A stretch of DNA of 64,000 nucleotides, taken from positions 5,228 through 69,227 of the forward strand of contig JAUYQP010000037.1 in the NCBI GenBank assembly GCA_030697205.1. Reading direction: 5' to 3'. This document shows positions 20,911 to 30,424 of this stretch, piece after piece (position 1 is the stretch's first letter; each line of letters begins with the position of its first letter). The notes beneath the pieces were generated by a model. The model was given only the letters and a program-made list of their open reading frames with translations, was not told the DNA's origin and ran no database searches. Origin of the DNA: Mycobacteriales bacterium. Lineage in GTDB: Bacteria; Actinomycetota; Actinomycetes; Mycobacteriales; SCTD01. Made by a program: the position numbers and the translations under genes.

Positions 20911-21728
20911 GACGGGTCCTCCCGGGTCAGCCGCAGCGCCTCGTCACCGTCGCGGGCGACCTTCACCAGGGTGCCGGGCGGCCACGCCTCGAGCAGGTCC
21001 TCGGGCAGGTGCACCGAGCCGTCGCGACCGACGACCGCGAAGTCCTCGCCGCGCCGCCCCTCCGCACCGACCCGCCCGTCGCGCATCGTCACCGTGCGCC
21101 CCAGGGCCAGGCCCACCTCGGCGTCGTGGGTGACGACGACGACGGTCGTGCCGAACTCGCTGCCGACCCGCTCGAGCACCTGCAGCACCTGGTCGCGCGC
21201 GGCGGTGTCGAGCTGAGAGGTGGGCTCGTCGGCGAGCAGCAACCCCGGGCGGGTCGACTGCGCGACCGCCAGCGCGACCCGCTGCAGCTCCCCCGCCGAC
21301 AGCCGCGCGACGGGGGCGTCGTGGAGCTCGCCCGTGCCCAGCGCGTCGAGCAGCGCCTGCGGGTCGAGCGCGTCGCGGCGACGGGTGCCGCGCTGGGCGA
21401 AGCGGACGTTGTCAGCGACGGTGCCGTAGGGCAGCACGTTGCGGGACGCGCCCTGCAGGACGAGCCCGACGGTGCTCCCGCGCATCCTGCGCAGCTCGCG
21501 CTCGGTGGCGCGCGCGAGGTCGAGCTCGCCGACGCGCAGCCGTCCGGCCGAGGGGCGCAGCAGCCCGCCCAGCATCGAGAGCAGAGTCGACTTCCCGGAG
21601 CCTGACGGCCCGAGCAGGGCGACCTGCTCCCCGCTGTCGACGTCGAGGTCGACACCGCGTACGGCGACGACGTCCTCGCCCTCGCGGCGGTAGATGTGGA
21701 CGAGCCCCTCGCAGTGGACGGCGGTCAC
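20907..21728 (-). CDS. ABC transporter ATP-binding protein with C-terminal extension
   Basis: GPSGSGKST, LSAGELQR, LLLADEPTS, plus about 50 extra C-terminal residues. Confidence 0.9.
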   Translation of the reverse strand: MTAVHCEGLVHIYRREGEDVVAVRGVDLDVDSGEQVALLGPSGSGKSTLLSMLGGLLRPSAGRLRVGELDLARATERELRRMRGSTVGLVLQGASRNVLPYGTVADNVRFAQRGTRRRDALDPQALLDALGTGELHDAPVARLSAGELQRVALAVAQSTRPGLLLADEPTSQLDTAARDQVLQVLERVGSEFGTTVVVVTHDAEVGLALGRTVTMRDGRVGAEGRRGEDFAVVGRDGSVHLPEDLLEAWPPGTLVKVARDGDEALRLTREDPS

Positions 21729-24700
21729 GCGCGCCTGCCCAGGCCGGCGGAGCGGACCACGAGCCGCGCACTGACAACGGCCACGATCACGACGACCAGG
21801 GCGGTGCCGGCCAGCAGCGCGCCGAGCAGCGGCCAGGCCGGGTCGAGCACCGCCGGGGCCAGCCCGGACGCCTCGGCGGCGACGGGCAGTCGAGGCAGCG
21901 CGACCTGCACGGCTACCGCTCCCGCGACAGCGCCGAGGACGAGCCCCACGCCGAGCAGCGCCACCTGCTCGCGCACGCTGGCCCGCACGAGCTCCCTCCT
22001 GCCCACACCCAGGACGCGGAGGGACGCCAGCTCGGTGGCGCGGCCACGACCGGCGTCGTGCAGGACCGCGCTGACCGCGACGACCGACAGCACCAGTGCG
22101 GCGGCGGCCGCCACGAGGAAGAGCAGGAGCGCGAGAGCCGGGCCCTCCTGGTCGAGCTGGCGGTGGCGCTCGGCGAGCGACTCGACCGAGGCGACGGACA
22201 ACCCCTCGCCCTCGAGCGCGGCCGTGACCGCGGGGACGTCGGCACCCGCGGCCAGCCAGACCTGCGGCTCCCCCACCGGGGACGTGAGCCGGGAGAGGCG
22301 GTCGAGGACGGACAGGTCGGCGAGCGCCCCCGACAGCCCGGTGCGGGGCAGCACCTTCGCGGTCTGCTGCGGGTCGAGCAGGACCAGCGCGCCGTCGGGT
22401 GCGATGCCGAGCGCCCGGCTCTCGTCACCGCCGTAGGCGTTGAGGCGCACGTCCGGCCCGACCAGCACCGGAAGGGCCTCGGGCACGTCGGTGGTGGTCC
22501 AGGCGATCGGTGCCGAGCTGGTGCGGGAGTCGAAGGCGACCCGCAGGCCCTGCGGTCCGGCGGTGGTGCGCGGCTGCACCACGGTGGACGGGTCGAACAG
22601 CTCCACGCGGATCCCGCGCCAGGCCGTCGCCGACGTGAGAGGGACGTCGGCGCCGCGACCGTCGACCCGCACCGCCGAGATCACCACCTCACCGGCGACG
22701 CGCCCCGAGCTCGAGCGGTCGAGCCGGAAGCGGCGCACGGGACAACCGTCGGCGCACTCCGGTGGCAGGTCGGCGGCGTAGGTGGCGGCGCCCGGCCTCA
22801 GCACTCCGAGCTCCACGACCCGGTCCACCCCGCCGGACCGCACCTCGACCGCCAGCCGCGCAGGCTCCTCGGCGACCGACAGCGCCGCGGCGACGTCGAG
22901 CTCGAGCCGGCGGCCCTGCACGCGCACCGGTGCGATCCCCTGGGGTCGAAGGACGGCGGACTGGGCGTCGGCGTCCAGACCGGTCCAGGTGGTGGACCAG
23001 GCGCTCACGGCAGCGAGGCGGGTGGTGTCGACGGCAAGCAGCCGGTCGTAGGCGCTCTGCCCGCCCGGGACGCTCTCGATCGCCGCCAGCGCGGTGCGGC
23101 CCACCGGGTCGACGGCCTGCACCGCGGCGATGAGCTCGGGCACCGCGACCGGCGCGAGTCGCAGCACCGTGGGGGCGCCGACCTCCTGAGCCGCGCGCAG
23201 CTGGCGGTTGTCCCCCGCCACCCGCCACCCGTCCACCGCGAAGACCGCGAGCGCCACCGCGACGGCCAGCAGCACGACGACCCGCAGCAGCTGCGGACGC
23301 CGAGCGACCTGGCGCACCGCGAGGAAGGTGGCCGTCCGTGGGGCGTGACGGGTCCGGCGGACCAGCAGCCGGGCCAGCAGCGGCACCAGCCGGACGCCGA
23401 CGAGGCCGACCGCGAGAGCGAGCAGGGCCGGGGCGAGCAGCGCCAACCCACCGGCATCCGGCTCGGACAGCAGCTGGTAGGTGGCGGCACCGGCGAGCGC
23501 GACGACGACGGCCTCCGCCGCGGCGCCCCGCGCCCCGCCCGGACGCCCGCCCTCCTGCCTCAGCACCGTGAGGACCGGCGCGGTGAGCACCCGTCGACCG
23601 GCCACAGCGGCGGCGGCGGCACCGGCGAGGACGGCGACGACGACCGCTCCCAGCACAGCAGGGGTGAGCGTGACCCTGGTGCCGTCACGCAACGCCCCGC
23701 TGACGAGCAGCTGACCTGCCCCGAGCGCGAGCAGCAGCCCCGCGGGTGCGGCGATCAGCAGCAGGAGCAGCGGCTCGAGCAGCCCGGTCGCCGCCGTCCG
23801 TCCCGGTCCCGCGCCACGCAGCCGCGCCAGCGCCACCTCGCCCGCGCGGTCCTCGGTCGCGCCAGCGAGGACCAGCTGCAGGACGGCCGCCGCGAGCAGC
23901 AGCAGCTGAGCCGCCACGACCAGCGCGCCGGTGCGGACCTCGTCCTGCTCGTCACGGACGGACAGCAGCAGCTCGGGCAGCGTGGTCGTGACGGCCTGGC
24001 CCGAGCCGCCGCGCGCGCGCACGAGCGCGAGGACGTCGGCGCGCAGCGCGGCGGCGCTCCCGAGCTGGACGGTGTCGGGCAGCAGGGCGCGCTCCGCGCT
24101 GGCCGTGAGGCCGGCCGGGGCGATGACGTCGAAGCTGGCCCGCGACGCGAAGACGGTGTCCACCTTGGGTGGCGCCGCGTCACCGGGACGCGGCCCCGCG
24201 TCGAAGTAGTCGACCGAGAACCACGCCGGGTCGTCAGGGTTGATCGGCTCGTAGAGACCGACGACCCGCGGCGGCGACACCGCCGGCCCGCCGACGAGGC
24301 GCACCCGCAACGGGCCGAGACCGAGGCCCTGGCTGCTGGCGGCGCGGGCGCTCACCACGACCTCGCCGGGCGCCTCGGGGCAGCGCCCCTCGGTGAAGCG
24401 CAGCAGCGCGCACTGCCCCTCCCGCCAGGCCAGCCTCGCCACGGCGACAGGGGTGACGTTGCTGTCGCCGAGCAGCGGGAGGTCGGTCGTCAGCCGCAGC
24501 CCGGACCGGACGCCACCGAAGCTCCCGTCGACCGCGGGATCAGCCAGCGCAGACCGGGTCGCGTCGAGCAGCTGGGCTGCGGACAGAGGGCGCAGCGTCG
24601 TGGCGTTGCCGCGCACGGCCGTCAGCCCGGTGGCACCGACCGGCTCCTCGGCGAGCCGGTCGCGCAGTAACGACTCCTGCGCGGCGGTGGACCAGACCGG

Positions 24701-24802
24701 ACCGAGCGCGGCTGCGGCGACCGCCACGGTGGCGATGACCAGCACCACGGCGGACACGCCACGGCGGAACCACAGCGCGCGCAGCGCCAGGCGCAGTCCC
24801 AC
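21725..24802 (-). CDS. large FtsX-like ABC permease (about 1025 aa, two FtsX modules)
   Basis: Repeated TM bundles separated by long extracytoplasmic regions, with 4-nt overlaps to the ATPase genes. Start taken at GTG 24802 after GAGGGAG. Confidence 0.82.
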   Translation of the reverse strand: MGLRLALRALWFRRGVSAVVLVIATVAVAAAALGPVWSTAAQESLLRDRLAEEPVGATGLTAVRGNATTLRPLSAAQLLDATRSALADPAVDGSFGGVRSGLRLTTDLPLLGDSNVTPVAVARLAWREGQCALLRFTEGRCPEAPGEVVVSARAASSQGLGLGPLRVRLVGGPAVSPPRVVGLYEPINPDDPAWFSVDYFDAGPRPGDAAPPKVDTVFASRASFDVIAPAGLTASAERALLPDTVQLGSAAALRADVLALVRARGGSGQAVTTTLPELLLSVRDEQDEVRTGALVVAAQLLLLAAAVLQLVLAGATEDRAGEVALARLRGAGPGRTAATGLLEPLLLLLIAAPAGLLLALGAGQLLVSGALRDGTRVTLTPAVLGAVVVAVLAGAAAAAVAGRRVLTAPVLTVLRQEGGRPGGARGAAAEAVVVALAGAATYQLLSEPDAGGLALLAPALLALAVGLVGVRLVPLLARLLVRRTRHAPRTATFLAVRQVARRPQLLRVVVLLAVAVALAVFAVDGWRVAGDNRQLRAAQEVGAPTVLRLAPVAVPELIAAVQAVDPVGRTALAAIESVPGGQSAYDRLLAVDTTRLAAVSAWSTTWTGLDADAQSAVLRPQGIAPVRVQGRRLELDVAAALSVAEEPARLAVEVRSGGVDRVVELGVLRPGAATYAADLPPECADGCPVRRFRLDRSSSGRVAGEVVISAVRVDGRGADVPLTSATAWRGIRVELFDPSTVVQPRTTAGPQGLRVAFDSRTSSAPIAWTTTDVPEALPVLVGPDVRLNAYGGDESRALGIAPDGALVLLDPQQTAKVLPRTGLSGALADLSVLDRLSRLTSPVGEPQVWLAAGADVPAVTAALEGEGLSVASVESLAERHRQLDQEGPALALLLFLVAAAAALVLSVVAVSAVLHDAGRGRATELASLRVLGVGRRELVRASVREQVALLGVGLVLGAVAGAVAVQVALPRLPVAAEASGLAPAVLDPAWPLLGALLAGTALVVVIVAVVSARLVVRSAGLGRRA

Positions 24803-24892
24803 CACGACTCCCTCGGTGCTCAGTCCGTCACGCACCCACCCAACCAGACGGCGGGCGGTGCGCCCGGTCCCGTGACGTGGATGTGACCTCAG

Positions 24893-24932
24893 ATACCCCC
24901 CCTGGGTGTCTTGACACACCCCCGGGGGGTAT
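24893..24932. promoter_or_regulatory. two CsoR-type operator boxes (ATACCCCCCCTGGGTGT, ACACACCCCCGGGGGGTAT)
   Basis: GC-rich pseudo-palindromes with ATAC/GTAT ends, immediately upstream of csoR. Box centres are about 22 bp apart. Confidence 0.7.
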
Positions 24933-24939
24933 CTATGCT
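24911..24939 (+). promoter_or_regulatory. predicted csoR promoter (-35 TTGACA, 17-nt spacer, -10 TATGCT)
   Basis: Hexamers read directly. The -10 ends 7 nt before ATG 24946 and there is no SD sequence, which implies a leaderless mRNA. Confidence 0.45.
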
Positions 24940-24945
24940 GAGCCC

Positions 24946-25239
24946 ATGAGCGACGAGCAGCGCGGCTACAGCGACACCAAGGACGCCCACCTCAAGCGGC
25001 TGCGCCGCATCGAGGGGCAGGTCCGCGGCATCGCCCGCATGGTGGAGGACGACACCTACTGCATCGACGTCCTCACGCAAGTCAGCGCCGCCACCAAGGC
25101 GCTGCAGGCGGTCGCCCTCGGCCTGCTCGACGAGCACATGGCGCACTGCGTCGTCAACGCCGCGCGAGCCGGCGGCGAGGAGCAGGCGGCCAAGCTCCGC
25201 GAGGCCTCCGACGCCATCGCCCGCCTCGTCCGTTCCTGA
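24946..25239 (+). CDS. csoR: copper-sensing repressor CsoR
   Basis: DUF156 fold with ligand pattern Cys (TYCIDV) plus His-x3-Cys (EHMAHC), i.e. x-C-H-C. Confidence 0.92.
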   Translation: MSDEQRGYSDTKDAHLKRLRRIEGQVRGIARMVEDDTYCIDVLTQVSAATKALQAVALGLLDEHMAHCVVNAARAGGEEQAAKLREASDAIARLVRS

Positions 25240-25267
25240 CCCACCCCACCCCGAGGAGAGCCCCGAC

Positions 25268-25483
25268 ATGACCGCTGACTCGATCACTGCCACCTGGACC
25301 GTGACCGGCATGACCTGCGGCCACTGCGTCGCCTCCGTCACCGAGGAGGTCTCCGAGGTCCCGGGCGTCACCGACGTCGCGGTCGAGCTCGAGTCCGGCC
25401 TGCTCACCGTCACCTCCGACGCCCCCGTCGACGACGACGCCGTGCGCGCCGCCGTGGCGGAGGCCGGCTACGCGGTCTCCTGA
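25268..25483 (+). CDS. copZ: copper chaperone CopZ (HMA domain)
   Basis: GMTCGHC metal-binding loop, 71 aa. Confidence 0.93.
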   Translation: MTADSITATWTVTGMTCGHCVASVTEEVSEVPGVTDVAVELESGLLTVTSDAPVDDDAVRAAVAEAGYAVS

Positions 25484-26340
25484 TGCGCACCCCCGTGCGC
25501 CTCGGCCTGTTTGCCGCCGTGCTCGTCGCGGCCGGGTCCTCGGCCTACGCCGTCGGGACCGTGACCGGCACCGTGCTCCCCCAGCCGGCGCCGGCGCACG
25601 GCGGGGTGATGGACGACGGCCACGGCGGCGCCCCCGACTCCGAGGTCCCGCAGGGCGTCACCGGCCTGGCCGTGGCCGAGGACGGGCTGGTCCTGCGCCC
25701 CGAGCGCACGGTGCTCACGACGGGCACGCAGCCCTTCCGCTTCACGGTGGAGGACGACGCAGGGACGCCGCTCGCCGACTACGACGCCACCCACGAGCGC
25801 GACCTCCACCTGGTCGTCGTGCGCCGCGACCTCACCCGCTTCCAGCACCTCCACCCGGAGCGCGCCGCCGACGGCACCTGGGAGGTGCCGCTCACCCTCG
25901 ACGCCCCCGGCCCCTACCGCGTCTACGCCGACTTCGCTCCTGCCGGCCGTGCGGCCCGCGCCCTCGCGGTCGACGTGACGGTCCCGGGCTCCTACCTCCC
26001 CCAGCCCGTAGCCCCCGGTGAGCGGCGCACCTCCACCGGTGGCGGCTACTCCGTCACCGTCGACGGCGCCCTCGCGGCCGGGGAGCAGAGCCGACTGTCC
26101 TTCGTCGTACGACGCCAGGGCGCCGACGTCACCGGCGACCTCGACGACTACCTCGGCGCGAAGGGCCACCTCGTCGTGCTGCGCGAGGGCGACCTCGCCT
26201 ACCTCCACGTGCACCCCGAGGGCGAGGGCCTGTCGTTCGAGACCACGGTCCCGAGCCCCGGTCGCTACGCCGCTTTCCTCGGCACCAGCCACGACGGCGT
26301 CGTGCGCACCGCAGACCTGCGACTGGAGACCAGCTCATGA
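25483..26340 (+). CDS. secreted/anchored protein with two tandem homologous domains (H-x-H-P-E motifs), cop-operon associated
   Basis: Signal/TM segment followed by a His-rich stretch. The repeated blocks are [18 protein letters not shown]...[10 protein letters not shown] and [18 protein letters not shown]...[10 protein letters not shown]. It overlaps the copZ stop and the copA start. Confidence 0.75.
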   Translation: MRTPVRLGLFAAVLVAAGSSAYAVGTVTGTVLPQPAPAHGGVMDDGHGGAPDSEVPQGVTGLAVAEDGLVLRPERTVLTTGTQPFRFTVEDDAGTPLADYDATHERDLHLVVVRRDLTRFQHLHPERAADGTWEVPLTLDAPGPYRVYADFAPAGRAARALAVDVTVPGSYLPQPVAPGERRTSTGGGYSVTVDGALAAGEQSRLSFVVRRQGADVTGDLDDYLGAKGHLVVLREGDLAYLHVHPEGEGLSFETTVPSPGRYAAFLGTSHDGVVRTADLRLETSS

Positions 26341-28571
26341 GCACTCCCACCGCCACACCGACCAGCAGCGTCGACCTCGCCATCACCGGCATGACCTGCG
26401 CGTCGTGCGCCAACCGCATCGAGCGCAAGCTCAACAAGCTCGACGGCGTGACGGCCTCGGTCAACTACGCGACCGAGCAGGCCCACGTCGAGCACGACGG
26501 GACGGTCTCGACCGACGACCTGCTCGCCGCCGTGGCCGCCGCCGGCTACTCCGCGGCGCTGCCGCGCACGCAGACCGCAGGCGAGCCGGCCGAGGAGGTC
26601 GACCCGACCCGGGCCCTGCGCGACCGCCTCGTCGTGTCGGCGGTGCTGGGCCTGCCGGTCCTGCTGCTGTCGATGGTCCCGGCGCTGCAGTTCGAGCGCT
26701 GGCAGTGGCTCGCGCTGGTGCTCGCGTCACCGGTCGTCGTCTGGGGCGCCCTGCCCTTCCACCGCGCCGCCTGGACCAACCTGCGCCACGGCGCGGCCAC
26801 CATGGACACGCTGGTCAGCACGGGGACGATCGCGGCGTACCTCTGGTCGCTCTACGCGCTGTTCCTCGGCACCGCCGGCGAGCCCGGCATGACGATGGCC
26901 TTCGACCTCACCGTGCAGCGCAGCACCGAGGACGAGATCTACCTCGAGGTCGCCTCGGTCGTCACGGTCTTCCTGCTGGCCGGTCGCTTCTTCGAGGCTC
27001 GGGCCAAGCGCCGGGCGGGTGCCGCCCTGCGCGCACTGCTCGAGCTCGGCGCGAAGGACGTCGCGGTCCTGCGCGACGGTGCCGAGGTGCGGATCCCGGT
27101 CGAGGACCTGCGCGTCGGTGACCGCTTCGTGGTGCGTCCCGGCGAGAAGGTCGCCACCGACGGCGTCGTGGAGGAGGGCAGCAGCGCCGTCGACGCGAGC
27201 CTGCTCACCGGCGAGAGCGTGCCGGTCGAGGTGGCGCCCAGCGACCCCGTCGTCGGCGCGACGGTCAACGCCGGCGGGCGGCTCGTCGTGCGGGCGACCC
27301 GCGTCGGAGGAGACACCCAGCTCGCCCAGATCGGGCGCCTCGTCACCGAGGCCCAGAGCGGCAAGGCCGACGTGCAGCGCCTCGCCGACCGGGTCAGCGC
27401 CGTCTTCGTCCCGGTCGTGCTGGTCCTCACCGCGATCACCCTCGGCTTCTGGCTCGGCAGCGGGGAGGGCACCGCCGCGGCCTTCACCGCCGCCGTCGCC
27501 GTCCTCGTCATCGCCTGCCCGTGCGCCCTCGGGCTCGCGACCCCGACCGCGCTGCTGGTCGGGACCGGCCGCGGTGCCCAGCTCGGCCTGCTCATCAAGG
27601 GCCCGGAGGTGCTCGAGAGCACCCGTCGGGTCGACACCGTGGTGCTCGACAAGACCGGCACGGTGACCACCGGCACCATGACCCTGCAGGCCGTCGAGCT
27701 GCTCGGCGACACCACCGAGACCGAGCTCCTGCGGGTCGTCGGCGCGGTCGAGGAGGCCTCGGAGCACCCGGTCGGCCGGGCGATCGCCAAGGCAGCCGCG
27801 GAGGCCGGCCCCCTGCCCGCCGTCGAGTCCTTCGCGAGCCACCAGGGCCTCGGGGTGCAGGGCGTCGTCGAGGGCCTCGCCGTCGTCGCCGGGCGACCCG
27901 CCCTGCTCGCGGACTGGGGCGTCCCGCTCGACGCCACTGCCACCGACGCGCTGCGGCGCCAGCAGGAGCTCGGCCGCACCGCCGTCCTGGTCGCGTGGGA
28001 CGGCGCCCTGCGCGGTGTCGTCGCCGTCGCCGACACCGTCAAGCCCACCAGCGCGGAGGCGGTCACCCGGATGCGCGCTCTGGGGCTCACCCCCGTGCTG
28101 CTGACCGGCGACAACGAGGCGACGGCCCGCGCGGTCGCTGCCGCGGTCGGCATCGACGAGGTCGTCGCCGAGGTCCTTCCGGCCGACAAGGTCGCCCACG
28201 TGCGGCGCCTGCAGGAGCAGGGGCGCGTCGTGGCGATGGTGGGCGACGGCGTCAACGACGCCGCGGCCCTCGCGCAAGCCGACCTGGGCATGGCGATGGG
28301 TGCCGGCACCGACGTGGCGATCGAGGCGAGCGACCTCACGCTGGTCCGCGACGACCTGCGCTCGGTGCCCGACGCGATCCGGCTGGCCCGGCGCACGCTG
28401 TCGACCATCAAGGGCAACCTCGTGTGGGCCTTCGGCTACAACGTCGCAGCTATCCCCCTTGCGGCCCTCGGGCTGCTCGACCCGCTGATCGCCGGCGGGG
28501 CGATGGCGCTGTCGAGCGTCTTCGTGGTGAGCAACAGCCTGCGGCTGCGGGCCTTCAAGCCCAGCGCCTAA
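26337..28571 (+). CDS. copA: copper-translocating P1B-type ATPase
   Basis: N-terminal GMTCASC HMA domain, CPC in TM6, DKTGT, and GDGVNDA. Confidence 0.97.
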   Translation: MSTPTATPTSSVDLAITGMTCASCANRIERKLNKLDGVTASVNYATEQAHVEHDGTVSTDDLLAAVAAAGYSAALPRTQTAGEPAEEVDPTRALRDRLVVSAVLGLPVLLLSMVPALQFERWQWLALVLASPVVVWGALPFHRAAWTNLRHGAATMDTLVSTGTIAAYLWSLYALFLGTAGEPGMTMAFDLTVQRSTEDEIYLEVASVVTVFLLAGRFFEARAKRRAGAALRALLELGAKDVAVLRDGAEVRIPVEDLRVGDRFVVRPGEKVATDGVVEEGSSAVDASLLTGESVPVEVAPSDPVVGATVNAGGRLVVRATRVGGDTQLAQIGRLVTEAQSGKADVQRLADRVSAVFVPVVLVLTAITLGFWLGSGEGTAAAFTAAVAVLVIACPCALGLATPTALLVGTGRGAQLGLLIKGPEVLESTRRVDTVVLDKTGTVTTGTMTLQAVELLGDTTETELLRVVGAVEEASEHPVGRAIAKAAAEAGPLPAVESFASHQGLGVQGVVEGLAVVAGRPALLADWGVPLDATATDALRRQQELGRTAVLVAWDGALRGVVAVADTVKPTSAEAVTRMRALGLTPVLLTGDNEATARAVAAAVGIDEVVAEVLPADKVAHVRRLQEQGRVVAMVGDGVNDAAALAQADLGMAMGAGTDVAIEASDLTLVRDDLRSVPDAIRLARRTLSTIKGNLVWAFGYNVAAIPLAALGLLDPLIAGGAMALSSVFVVSNSLRLRAFKPSA

Positions 28572-29206
28572 GAGCGCTGGGCGCCGATCAGCGCGGGGGT
28601 GACGAGGCGGTCGAGCAGCGCGTCGAGCTCGGCCGCCACCCGCGCTGTCTCCGGCTCCGGGCCGGCCGTCCCTGTCAGCGTCAGCACCTCGACGTCGGTG
28701 ATGCCGATGAAGCCGAGGATCGCCCGCAGGTAGCTGCTGCGGAAGTCGAGGCCCAGCGCCTCGTAGCGCAGCGCGTCACCGCCGCTGGTGGCGAGCACGA
28801 CGGCGCGCTTGCCGTGCACGAGCCCCACCGGGTTCGGTCCGTCGTAGCCGAAGGTCCGCCCGACTCGGACGACCTGGTCGACCCATGCCTTGAGCGAGGC
28901 GGGGATGCCGAAGTTGTACATCGGCGCGCCGATGACGAGGACATCCGCTGCCTCGAGCTCCGCGATCAGCTGGTCGCTGCGCGACAACGAGAAGGCCAGC
29001 GTGTGGTCGTGCTGGTCCGCAGGGGTGTAGGCCGCCGACACCCAGGTCTCGCTGACGAAGGGCAGCGGCTCGGCGTCGAGGTCGCGGTAGGTGAGGACGG
29101 CTCCCGGCTCGCGCCGGCTCCAGCCGAGCACGAGCCCGCGTCCGAGCCGGCGGGAGAACGAGCCGGCACCGGAGGCGCTGGAGTCGAGGTGCAGCAGGTG
29201 CGTCAC
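28568..29206 (-). CDS. azoR: FMN-dependent NADH-azoreductase
   Basis: LLHLDSSA ... [18 protein letters not shown] is the AzoR signature. GTG start after GAGGAGA. Confidence 0.9.
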   Translation of the reverse strand: MTHLLHLDSSASGAGSFSRRLGRGLVLGWSRREPGAVLTYRDLDAEPLPFVSETWVSAAYTPADQHDHTLAFSLSRSDQLIAELEAADVLVIGAPMYNFGIPASLKAWVDQVVRVGRTFGYDGPNPVGLVHGKRAVVLATSGGDALRYEALGLDFRSSYLRAILGFIGITDVEVLTLTGTAGPEPETARVAAELDALLDRLVTPALIGAQRS

Positions 29207-29246
29207 GGGGGTCTCCTCGCAAAGGGGGCCGAGGGACAGGGGCCGC

Positions 29247-29366
29247 GGTCAGGTGAGTGGTCAGGTGAGTGGTCAGGTGAGTGGTCAGGTGAGTGGTCAG
29301 GTGAGTGGTCAGGTGAGTGGTCAGGTGAGTGGTCAGGTGAGTGGTCAGGTGAGTGGTCAGGTGAGC
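29247..29366. repeat. tandem repeat (GGTCAGGTGAGT) x10, the last unit ending in C
   Basis: Nine perfect copies plus one near-perfect copy, counted directly. Located in the azoR / qor divergent intergenic region. Confidence 0.98.
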
Positions 29367-29446
29367 GCACCGTAGGACCGCAGCCGGCCCGCAACTGTCG
29401 GCCAGCCGACTCCTAGGGTGGGCGGACCGACGCAGAGGAGACAGAC

Positions 29447-30406
29447 GTGCGCGCAGTGCAGGTGACCACGCTCGACGGACCGGAGGCCGTGCGGGTCGTG
29501 GACCTCCCCGAGCCGGACCCGGCCGGCAAGGTCGTGGTGGAGGTCCACGCAGCCGGCGTCAACTTCCCCGACGTGCTGCAGACGCGCGGGCTCTACCAGA
29601 TCAAGCCCGAGCTCCCGTTCGTGCCCGGCTCCGAGGTCGCGGGCACGGTCGTCAGCGGTGACGGCTTCACCGTGGGCCAGCGGGTCGCGGCCTTTCCCGG
29701 CTGGGGCGGCTACGCGGAGCGGGTCGCGGTCGACCCCGGCATGGTCTTCCCGCTCCCCGACCGGGTGTCCTTCGCCGCCGGCGCGGCCCTGCCGATGAAC
29801 TACCTGACCGTCGACTTCGCCCTCGTACGCCGGGCCGAGCTGCGGGCCGGCGAGACCGTCCTCGTGCACGGGGCGGCGGGCGGCATCGGGGTCGCGAGCA
29901 TCCAGCTGGCCAAGGTGCTCGGTGCCACCGTCGTCGCGGTGGTCAGCACCGAGGACAAGGCCGCGGTCGTGCGCGAGGCAGGCGCCGACCACGTCGTCGT
30001 CGGTGCGGAGGGCTTCCTCCCGCAGGTGAAGGAGCTCACCGGCGGGCGCGGCGTCGACGTCGTCGTCGACCCGGTCGGCGGGGACCGCTTCACCGACAGC
30101 CTGCGGTCGATGGCCCCCGAGGGCCGCCTGCTCGTCATCGGCTTCACCGCCGGCGCGATCCCCGAGGTGAAGGTCAACCGGCTGCTGCTCAACAACCTCT
30201 CCGTGGTCGGTGTCGGCTGGGGGGCGTTCTGGATGCGCGACCCCGCCTACCTGCAGGAGCAGTGGGCCCGGCTGCTGCTCTTCCTCGAGGACGGCCGGCT
30301 CGTGCCGCTGGTCGGCAGCACGCACCCGCTGGAGGACGCCGCGGCGGCGCTGCTCGAGCTCGACGAGCGCCGCGCCCGCGCGAAGGTCGTCCTCGCGCCG
30401 CGGTGA
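29447..30406 (+). CDS. NADPH:quinone oxidoreductase (zeta-crystallin/MDR family)
   Basis: AAGVNFPD..PFVPGSEVAG..VLVHGAAGGIG. GTG start after GAGGAG. Confidence 0.9.
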   Translation: MRAVQVTTLDGPEAVRVVDLPEPDPAGKVVVEVHAAGVNFPDVLQTRGLYQIKPELPFVPGSEVAGTVVSGDGFTVGQRVAAFPGWGGYAERVAVDPGMVFPLPDRVSFAAGAALPMNYLTVDFALVRRAELRAGETVLVHGAAGGIGVASIQLAKVLGATVVAVVSTEDKAAVVREAGADHVVVGAEGFLPQVKELTGGRGVDVVVDPVGGDRFTDSLRSMAPEGRLLVIGFTAGAIPEVKVNRLLLNNLSVVGVGWGAFWMRDPAYLQEQWARLLLFLEDGRLVPLVGSTHPLEDAAAALLELDERRARAKVVLAPR

Positions 30407-30424
30407 GCGCCGTAGGGTCGTGAG

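Noticed and set aside
22058-24670. 870-aa ORF on the + strand
   Set aside because: It is antisense to the FtsX permease gene, is Arg/Gly/Asp-rich, and shows no domain signatures.
29247-29366. CRISPR array
   Set aside because: The units are 12 bp and directly abutting, with no spacers. There are no cas genes in the window.
29091-29394. Repeat-encoded ORFs reading (QVSG)n on + and (DHSP)n on -
   Set aside because: They exist only because the 12-mer array is a multiple of 3. There is no RBS, no flanking domain, and they overlap the azoR start region.
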